DNA of 64,000 bases, taken from assembly GCF_009914755.1 (NCBI RefSeq), contig NC_060942.1; one strand, given 5' to 3'. Each line of letters opens with the position of its first letter. The stretch's first letter is position 1. The notes under the pieces were generated by a model, which did no database searches, was not told the DNA's origin, and saw only the letters and a list, made by a program, of their open reading frames with translations. A program made the translations under genes and the position numbers. This DNA comes from the human T2T-CHM13v2.0 reference genome, Homo sapiens. Shown piece by piece: positions 54,470 to 64,000 of the stretch.

Positions 54470-56115
54470 ATTGTGCTTTCAGCATTGTATCTAAGAAAAT
54501 GTTGTGTATCTCAAGTTCAAAAATATTTTCTTCCATATTTTTCCCTAGAAACTATGAAGTTTGGGGTTTGACATTTACATTTATGACCTATTTTGGTTTA
54601 ATTTTTATATATGGCATGTGTATAGAGATCCATTATGTTGCATATAAATTTCAAGTTGTTGCTCCACTACTTGTAAAAAGATTATCTTTCTTCCTTGAAT
54701 GGTCTTTGCATTTTTGTTAAAATCTATTGTCCATATATATGTGAGTCTATTTTTGGAAACTCTATTTTGATTCATTGATCCATATGTCTATCTTACACAA
54801 ATATAAGACCACAAAGTTTATAGTAAGCCTTTAGGTCAGGTAATGTGAATTTTCCAACTTTGTTTTTAATTTTTCCGAATTATTTTAGCTCTTCTGATTT
54901 CTTGAGTTTTTAGTATAAATTTTAGAATCAGCATGTTGACTTCTACAAAAAAATTCTGCTAGGATTTTGATTAGGAATCTATTACATATATATTCCAATT
55001 TAAGAAGAATTGACATCTTAACAATATTACATCTTCCAATCCATGAACATAAAATGTATACTCACTTATTTTGGTCTTTTAAAATTAACGATTAAAGATT
55101 TTGTATTTTTTAGCCTACATGTCCTACTCTTATTGCACCATCTACATATCTAAGTAATTCTTATTTTGGTGTAAATTTAAATTGTACTAATCTGTAAATA
55201 TCAATTTCTAATTGTTTATTACTAGTAAATAGAAATACAGCAGAATTTTGTATATTGATTTTTTATCCCACAAACTTGCTAAACCTCTTGGTCAATTACA
55301 GTAGGGTTTTTTGTTTTGTTTTGTTTTGTTTTTTCAGATTTCCCAGGATTTTTTATATAATCAGGTCAGCTGCAAACAGAGATAGAGCTATTTCTTCCTT
55401 TCAGATTTGTATGACTTTTATTTTTCTTGCCCTATTGCTCATAGCTTGAAATTAAATAGCAGTGATAAGATTTCACATCCTTTACTTGTTCCCAAATTTT
55501 GAGGGAAAGCATCTAGTCTATTACCAATATACATGATAGCTGTAATTTTTGTAGATGCCCTTTATCAGATTAAAGAGGTTTCCTTTTATTCTTAGGAAAA
55601 ATATTGTTTATGAATGGATATGATTTTTTCACACTGAAATTATTTTTTTCTTACGAAAAAAGCTTGTTAATGTGAGTTATATTCTTAATTTTTGAATGTC
55701 AAACCTATTTTCTGGGTATTCCTTTTTATATATTGCCAGGTCTAATTTGCTTCTACTTGGTTGAAGATTTTTCTATCAATCTTAAAGAGAGATTATGGTC
55801 TGCCATTTTTCTTGTAATATCTTTTTATGGGTCTTGTTATTAGAGTAGTTCTGACTTTATAAAATAAGCCAGAAGTATAGTCTATTTTGGTGAATGTTTC
55901 ACGTACAGTTTAAATATTGTGATTCCATTATTGATAGGTTGTGAATCATAGAAATATCACAGAGATCAATTTGGTTCACAGTGTTTTTTGGTTTTTTATG
56001 TCCTTCTTGATTTTATATCTATTTGTTCTATCAATTTCTGAGAGATTGATATTGGAATCTTCAATTATTGTTGTGGACTAATCTATTTCTTTTTTAGTTC
56101 TATCAGTTTTTGTCT
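54470..56115 (-). mobile_element. L1ME ORF2 fragments
   Basis: TATAAATTTTAGAATCAGC; GAATTGACATCTTAACAATATT; CTTCCAATCCATGAACAT. Confidence 0.8.
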
Positions 56116-57885
56116 TACTCATCTCTGCAAATAGAATTCACTGCCAGGTCTAAACATCCCAAAGCTATTTAACATATGTATTATAAAACCCTGCCTATAC
56201 TTATGAAGCGTTTCCAAATACAATTTCAACAAAAGCCAAACTACTCAGATAGCATGGTTTTTCCTTTATAGGTTTTGGCATGTTCCTCAAATGACAGGGA
56301 AAACTCAAAGTTCTCTTTTCCAATGGACATACAGAATAAATTCTTTGAAAATAAACCTTCAGTAAATATGGACATATAATTGGCAACAGATCTAATATAT
56401 TCATGTTTTGTGTTGTCTTAGTACTTTCTCTGATTTTATCATGATAAAAATTAACCACTGAGGAATATTGTAAAAGACTCTACAGTGAGGTAGAAAAAAA
56501 TACATGTGTACCTTTACTGAGGAACATAACAATATATGTAAACATGAAGTGTTTTTCACATTCATTTAAACATTTCTAGTGGAAATAAACATGAAAACCC
56601 TTGGTATTTTAAAATCTTTTGGCTTTCACATCATGTCAGAGTTTGTTTTATTCAATGTCAGACCACTAAAAAGTGTGAAAATTACAGCTTTCTAAACCTG
56701 AGTTAATTTGACACAAAAATGATTTTACAAATGTTTTGTAATTATTTTATTCCATTACATGTTTATAAAAAGAGTGTAACTTAATGGAATACTATATAGC
56801 TAAAAAGAATTATGTAGCTATCATATTGCATGATTCTATTGTGCATAAGGTTATTAAAATATGAAATATTTCAATAGTAGTAGCATCAATATGCTGAACT
56901 CTACGCATTCACACTGTGCTATGCTTTTTAAAAAAATTCTTATTTTTCAAAGAATGTCAAAGATTTCAATCTGTGAATGCAGTTTGCCCTACTCTTCTTT
57001 GTTGCAAAGACAGAAGCATGAAAAATAGAAATATGAACTATAATCTACTGAAGAGATTGAAATATTTTGTATTCTAAACTAGTGTAGCTAGTGATTCATA
57101 ACAGTAAGTAGGGATAGGTAAAAAGTCACATTTGAGACAAAATATTTGTGTGAAACTAGAAATTGCTTTCCCCATTTAGTCAATGACAAGAATTTCTGTA
57201 TTTTTTAACTTATCTGGCCCTTTAGAAGATAGATGGTATAATTATTTGCTATGAAAATATCATATAACTCATACGTTAATAAAATAAACAAAGTAAGTTT
57301 AATAATAACCACTGCTTTTTCATCATTTTTTGAAAAAAAAGGATATACATTATTTTGTTATATCTTGCAGTGGTATTTACTAGATGTCTAAATGTCATAG
57401 TTGAAAAAATATGAATAAATTGAAAAAACTTAGCATAAATGTAAAGAGCATTAAGGAGATTATTGAACTGGTAGTCATATCTTTAAACGGATGGTCATGC
57501 CTGTTAGGATATCTCTTTTGGTACAGTCTTCATTGACATAAACTCTCAGAGTTAGATGGCTAGTTCTGCACACAATTAAACTATGCCTGGGTGTGTTTTA
57601 TTTATAATCATCCAGCAAGAATGTGGTTGGTCATCAAATAGAACCTTTATTTTAATCACAAATATCCAAGACTATTCTAGAAAAGTAAGTGTTTAATGTC
57701 TCTTAGTGCTACATGGAGAACAAAAAATGATCAATTCTGGTTATTTTCCAGAAGTCAGAAAGTAGAAATTAGAGGGCTTTAGGGCAGCATGTACAAATAA
57801 CAGGAAGGGACTAACATTGAGCAGCTACTGTGCTCATAAACACATACTATTTACGTGATATAATATCTTTGTGAAGAACCATCAT

Positions 57886-58120
57886 CATGGACACAGTGAG
57901 GGGAACATCACACACCAGGGCCTGTCGGGGGGTCGGGGGCAAGGGGAAGGAGAGCATTAGGACAAAAACCTAATGCATGTGGGGCTTAAAACCTAGATGA
58001 CGGGTTGATAGGTGCGGCAAACCACCATGGCACATGTATACCTATGAAACAAACCTGCACGTTCTGCACGTGTATGCCAGGACTTAAAGTAAAATAACAA
58101 ATAAATAATAAAAATTTTAA
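57886..58120 (+). mobile_element. L1PA (PA10-like) 3' end
   Basis: GGGGCTTAAAACCTAGATGACGGGTTGATAGGTGC; AAACCTGCACGTTCTGCAC; A-rich tail. Confidence 0.9.
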
Positions 58121-58176
58121 AAAGGTAAATACGGATGGAAAGAAAAAAAATCCACCCACACACAAAAATAGAGAAG

Positions 58177-60128
58177 CGTGTTAGTGATGGCAGTGGCAGC
58201 CCATCTGGAGCAGCTGTTGCAAAGATGCTGGCTGCAGCGGGGGAGAGGCAGCTGGGGGTGCCATTGTCACAGAGCTGGCGGGAGCTAGGAACAGACGGGA
58301 GCCCAGTCCCCTTCTGAGTTGGTGAAGCAGGAGCTCTGGGCTCCCTAGCACAACTACAGCCACCCAGATGTGGCTGCAGACCCAAGCATCCCTGTGCTCT
58401 TGGGGGCCCGGGAAGCCCCCCTTCCCCTGCAGGCTCAGAAGTGCCTGCTCCCGCTGCCTGGCCTCTCTCCACTCCTAGCGCCCATTCCAATTTTGAAGCA
58501 AAGTTGTAGCCAAGCCTGTCCACTGACACAACCTGGCCAGATGTCCCTGCACTAGGAGCAGCACTGACACGCCACCCCCCTGCCACCTCAGCCCCCTCTG
58601 GACTTTGGGTGCTGACGAGCATGGGAGGGAAGCTGAGGGGGTGCTGAGGGCAGCTCAGCACAGGGCTGCAGGCACCCCTTGTCATGAACAGCCTAAATGC
58701 CATGAATGGTGGCAGGAGGCAGACAGGTTCCTGGGTGGAAAGGGGCAGATCTCCCAGTGAAGCCCCACATTCAAACCGGGAGGCGTGAGGCATGGGGGCC
58801 TGGCTGCCAGTTCCATGGACTAGAGTGAGAACTTAGACGATGCTTTTTCCAGGCTGCTGATGGCCACACATGGACCAGTCAGTATGAGACTGTCTACCTT
58901 CTGAAGCCCATAAAAACTGGAACTCAGCAAGAACCAGGCAATGTTGGGAAGCCCTGCCTGCAGAGAGGTGCTACCCACTCTGGGTATCTTCTCAGCTGAC
59001 AGCTGAGCAGACAATGGGATGACCTGCCTGCAGAAAAGAGGTAACCACGTAGAGTCTCTTGAGAGCTGTGTTATATCTCAATAAAGCACCCCTTTGCCTT
59101 ACTCACCCTCCAGCTCTCTGCATACCTCTCTCTTCCTGGACACAGGACAAGAACTCGTGACTCACCAAATGGCAGGACAGAAAGAGCTGTAACACAAATA
59201 GGTCTGAAACATGCCCACCTGCTTGCCATCTTGGGAGTGACAAGGAGGAGAGGAGAGAGAAGGAGAGAAGAGCTGTGGCCCTTCAAGGAGCCTAGACCTA
59301 GGAGCTCCCCAAGCCAGGGCTGTGACACCCCTCTTTGGGGTTCTGTCGTTCCTAGCATCTCCAAGCTTCTGGTTGCCACTGCGTTCCCTGGTGCCCACAA
59401 TAGAAGCTGCGTGCAGTATGTCTGGCCCAGCTGCAGCCTCCCAGGAAGCCAAAGCCCGTGCCGGTTCCTGGAGCTGCCGGCCCCGCCACAGCCAGAGTGC
59501 CTGGCTGTGCACAGTGTTGGGACCCCAGGCTTGCTCACTCACACATCTCCCCTCTCCGCAACTGGTTCACCCTTGGCAGGTATGAGATCCAGGCTGGTAG
59601 TGTGAGCCAAGTGCAGCCTGCCAGGCTGAGTGGGCAGAACAAGCCCAGCAGGCCTGAACTAAACTCAGGCAATGGCACCGCTGGCCACAGAGGTTTCCGG
59701 CTGGCAATGCAACACCCCAAGAATCCTGTGTCATTAGTCCACGTGGTGCTATAACAAAATGCCTGTGACTGTGCAACTTACAAAGAACAGACATTCATTT
59801 CTCATTTCTGGAGGTTGGGAGTCTAAGACTATAATGTCAGCAAGTTTTACATCTAAGGGGGCCCAGTGTACACTTCCAAGATGGCACAGAGATGCTGCAT
59901 CATCCTCTGAGAAGAGAAACCTGTGTCCCCACATGGCAGAGGGGATGGAAGGGGAAGACAATGCTTTCTTCCACTTGGAGCTCTTTTATAAGGGTGTTAA
60001 TCCCACTCCTGAGGGCAGAACCCTTGTGACTTAAGCAACTCCCAAAAGTCACACCTCTTAAACTATTGCACTGGGGATTAAGTGTCAACATAAATTTTAG
60101 AGGGAACAGTATCATTCAAATAATAGCA
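58177..60128 (-). mobile_element. MST (C/D-like) LTR; body 59734-60128, with the terminal 8 bp separated by MER52
   Basis: CGTGTTAG plus TCCACGTGGTGCTATAACAAAAT rebuilds the terminus; CATTCAAATAATAGCA end; TSD AGAAG/AGGAG. Confidence 0.75.
58185..59733 (+). mobile_element. MER52 (A-like) ERV1 solo LTR
   Basis: TGATGGCAGTGGCAGCCCATCTGGAGCAG start; TG...CA termini; 4-bp TSD TTAG (58181-58184, 59734-59737); AATAAA at 59080. Confidence 0.85.
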
Positions 60129-61249
60129 AGGAGGAAATCAAATGAGGAAATGAAATAAACTGTTTAATATAACACAGATAGAACCTAGAAAAACTGGGAC
60201 TTTAATCTCATTCTAATTACATCATTGTATCACTGAAGTAAAAACAAAATGATCTTCTGAAAAAATTCCAAGTACCATCATTAACCATGGACTTTTAATG
60301 ACACCAGAGTTTGTTAAATATTGATGACTCTTTCCAAACACTGTATTTTCCATTCAAGCTAAAACAAGCTAGAAATGTTGAGTATCTTCCCTTAGATATT
60401 TTATATGAAGCTATTTACTGGCCCATCATATGTGCTACAAGGTTAATGTGCTTCTTGCCTAAGATCTAGACATTACCTAGTCTTGTGTGTAAATAGTGAA
60501 AAATGGAGAGGAGTGACCTAATTAGTGAATGTTTTCATTACAATCTATGATTTTGGTGTTTCTATGTTAAATGCTTAATCTGTATTCTAGGATATTCATC
60601 GTTAGATTGTTTTTAGTTAAAATGTCCCTTAAAAATTGATCTACATTGGAAAATAAGATCATTTACATATAAAATGCAAATTTATTTTAGCTAAGAGGGA
60701 TTAAACCATTTGAAAATTATTACATTAGCATAATCTTTTTATCTTTTAAAAATTTTATGCCAAGGGTTTCGTGGTAAAACTGACACACACTTGCCTAATG
60801 CTGGTAACAGGACACATTGGAACAAACCTTTTGTAAATAAATTTGGTAAAAATCAAACAAGAAATTGATCATGCTTGTATTCAGTCATATGTAATCTGAT
60901 ATCTGACAAAAAGTGCAAGGCATATAAAAATCTATATAGATTGTATTGGCCATCCATTGTCACACTATCGAAAATATTTCTATAGTATTAAAGATTTATG
61001 CACTATTTTCAATACCTGATTAAGTAATCATGGATACAAATTTGAGATAATGCCATACAGTCATTAAATATGATAATTTCAAAGATTATAGAGTTTTGTC
61101 AGAAAACAATAACTGAAAGAAAAGAAATTTATGACCTCTAAGACTATAAAGTATGTGTTTAAGAAATGGAAAATATAAACTTCTGGTCCATTTAAAAAGA
61201 TGAAATTGTGGGGCTTTTTTTCTTAGAAACATAGTTATTATTTTTAAAG

Positions 61250-61390
61250 CATAGCTTCTCAAACTTTAATGTGCACACAAATCACTTGTAGATCCTGCTA
61301 TTATGCAGATTCTGATTTAGTAGATATAGGTAGGGTATGAAACTGGATTTTACAAGTTCCCAAGGACCAGACTTCCCACAGCAAGGGTCT
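61250..61390. mobile_element. MER5 (hAT-Charlie MITE)
   Basis: TTCTCAAACTTTAATGTGCACACAAATCAC ... ATGCAGATTCTGATTTAGTAG. Confidence 0.75.
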
Positions 61391-61429
61391 AAATGCTATT
61401 TGTCACTTAAGTACAAATTAGGGAAAGGG

Positions 61430-61565
61430 AAATATATATACATATTTTTAGAATTTTTTATATATATACATTTATAAACTACATATACACACATTATATA
61501 CAAATATGATGTGTATATATAGTATATATATATATTATATATAGAAAGAGATATATATAGATATA
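61430..61565. repeat. (TA)-rich low-complexity tract
   Basis: Read directly. Confidence 0.85.
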
Positions 61566-62084
61566 ACACCAGAAAGACTCTGTTTAGTTTCCACTTGAAG
61601 AAAATTAGTTCTGGCCATAATCTTGGGACAAACGGAAAGTGAAGTAACCTCTCCCCAATTATGGCTGAAATATATGTTCTATCAAAAATTTTGCCTCTCT
61701 TGTTCTGCCCTTTGTTGCAAACCATAGAGAAGTTTTTGGTAGTGGTAGATGCTCAGCAGTGGTTGTCCAATCAATTAACAAAGAAATTAATTGATTTTCT
61801 TTGAATCTTAAACTTCCTCCTGCTACCCCAATAACTTGCTCACTTTAATCTGTGGTAGTCATCCTCTTGACCACCCACAACCCTGCATTTCTTTTGGCTA
61901 TGCTAACTAATAAACTCTATTTTCATTTTTATTTTGTAGTTAAAACTATATTGGTGATAGTCCTAGTCCCTTTCTTGATTTTAGGTTTTGGCATAACCCT
62001 TGCAAGTGGAATTAGCACTAAAACTGGCTTTTACCTAATTGATACGCAGCTTTATTTTTAAGAGGGAGGGTAATCTCTCAGATT

Positions 62085-62222
62085 CCCTCTATTGTCTATA
62101 ATGTTATCTGATCACCGAGACCTTGACATTCTTGTTCACTGCTATATTCCTAGCACATGAAATACTTACTTCTCCTACTTAGCATTCAATAAATAATCTT
62201 AGAATAGATGGATAAATAAATT
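62085..62222 (+). mobile_element. L2 3' end
   Basis: TCTTGTTCACTGCTATATTCCTAGCAC ... TCAATAAATA. Confidence 0.65.
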
Positions 62223-64000
62223 AATATCCACACTGATTTTGCCATTGTTTAATTTTAAGTATTTTGTTTATCATGGGTTCATTAAATAGACCTTTATTCT
62301 TGATGGTTTTGTTTTGTTTTATCTGGTGTCTTCTTAAATATTGTACAAAGGCAATTGCCTCACTTCCTTTCCCCTGGTTCCAGCCCTGCATGTGCCAAAA
62401 TGCAACATCTGCCATTGAAGTGTTGAATTCTGTTTTAAAAAGGATTTTTTTATGCTTTAATGATTCAAAATAGAAATATTTAATGGAATACATATTTATG
62501 TTAAGATTTTTAATAAGAATTGAGATTTTGATATGTCTGTTTGAACATGACACAATATGTCTGTTTGAACATGACACAACAAATGAGACAAATATGGAGA
62601 TGAGAATAATAAATAATACATTTCTGCTTTGTGATGGTCAAATGCCACCATTTCATTTAAGTAGAGGACAAGGGCAGGTTCAAAAGAACTTCTGCCCAGC
62701 TAGAAGGCACTCTATTCGCATGGTAAGGGGATACGCTTCTCAGATTCCACACTGTATGCATAAACTTTCAAGAGTTCATTAACTGTCAGCGTGTGTAATG
62801 GCAAGACAAATTGTTTATTTTCACTGTTGTTTTCATGACAAAATCTTGGGAGGGGGCTGCTTAAATTTATTTGATGAACCTGAAAGTGTCAACTCTGTTT
62901 GGGTCTGAGGCATCTGAATTCCTTGAATTTCTTTAGTCATTGACCTTTTCTCCCCAATTTTCCTCACTCCTTTTACATTCTCTCTTTATCTGTGAAACAG
63001 TGGCTACAGGAACACACGAGATGAAAAATTAACAAAATTGCATACCATTTGATAATGCTTATGGTACTTTTGATCCCAACAGCTATGTCCTACACTCCAC
63101 AGGTTGATTTTCTAGTCACATTATCCACCGTGGTGGACTGCCTATGTTATGTACAGGTTAGCGGATGAGTAGAAGGATGTTTTGATTACAAATCCTTAAT
63201 CCTGATCCCAAAACTTTGCTACGGTTAGTAAAACTTTCAGATCTTTATATAATAACATTAGTAATTGAACAAACCTCCTGAGCTTTAAGAATCTTAGAAA
63301 AAAAAACCCATTAGGAGATTAGATACCATGCCTAATCCCTGTTTACTCATATAAATATACATCAAAGGTACACACAATTGTATGCAAATTCTTCTAGTGC
63401 TGGCATGGAAGCTGTCATGGAAAAATATTTTTTAAATGTAAAATCAAGAAAACTGTTCCTAGACTGTCAGTTATACACTATTTAGTATCAATTAGCAGGT
63501 TCCACATTATGCTTTCTAATGCCATTTAGCATACATTCGTACATAATGAAGAACATTACCTACAATTGTGAGTCATACCATTTAAAGTCTGCATACATTA
63601 CATATTCCACACACTGAAAGTAAATGGAGATATGAATTCAGCATCAGGCTGGAGATTGAGATCAAATCCTATTTGGATATCATGACATAGGTCTCACACA
63701 TGAATTTTTTTGACATTCTTTCATATTGCCCCAAAGACCTAGAGAAAAGTTCTCAATAAATTAGGGACCTCCTTAGAGAAACACACACCACCACCTTCCC
63801 CCATGCCTCCACCATACACATATGTAACTTGATGCCTATAACCTCCTCTATAGGTATAATCAATTCTTGTTATTTGTGACAGTTACACTCTATAAAGTCA
63901 CTATAAACATTATCAGTGAATACTCAATATTGCCCCGGAAAAAATGCAAGGTTAGGTTACTGGGAGCCTGTGATCCCAACATCTTCATCAACTGTTCAAT

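Noticed and set aside
57993-58793. Longest ORF (266 aa) and the overlapping ORFs at 58135-59794
   Set aside because: They lie in the GC-rich MER52 LTR and antisense L1PA; stop-poor by composition, open in several frames on both strands, and with no recognisable domain

Overview
AT-rich primate (almost certainly human) non-coding DNA, intergenic or deep intronic. It is dominated by interspersed repeats: Alu J/S/Y, L1PA/PB/M, L2, MIR, MaLR LTRs (THE1, MST, MLT1), a MER52 solo LTR and DNA-transposon MITEs. I find no credible cellular protein-coding exon, RNA gene or CRISPR array; most listed ORFs are repeat-derived and none resembles a cellular protein I recognise. The standout is a 3.1-kb HERV-W (HERV17/LTR17) processed pseudogene at 29540-32662, copied by the L1 machinery: 5'-truncated in pro, ending at R plus poly(A), with a 4-bp TSD at an L1 endonuclease-type site. 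It carries (i) two microhomology-bounded deletions that leave a 36-nt env SU island fused in frame to the integrase zinc finger, (ii) five in-frame TAG codons at expected Trp positions, suggesting APOBEC3G-type editing, and (iii) an MSRV-type env tail with an intact U3-R promoter. Also notable are a probable L1PB 3' transduction splitting an L1MB, a tailless Alu with intact TSDs, and two patches resembling templated repair scars. I see no evidence of a wholly new biological system. Repeat subfamily calls and comparisons to HERV-W come from recalled consensus sequences, not a database search.
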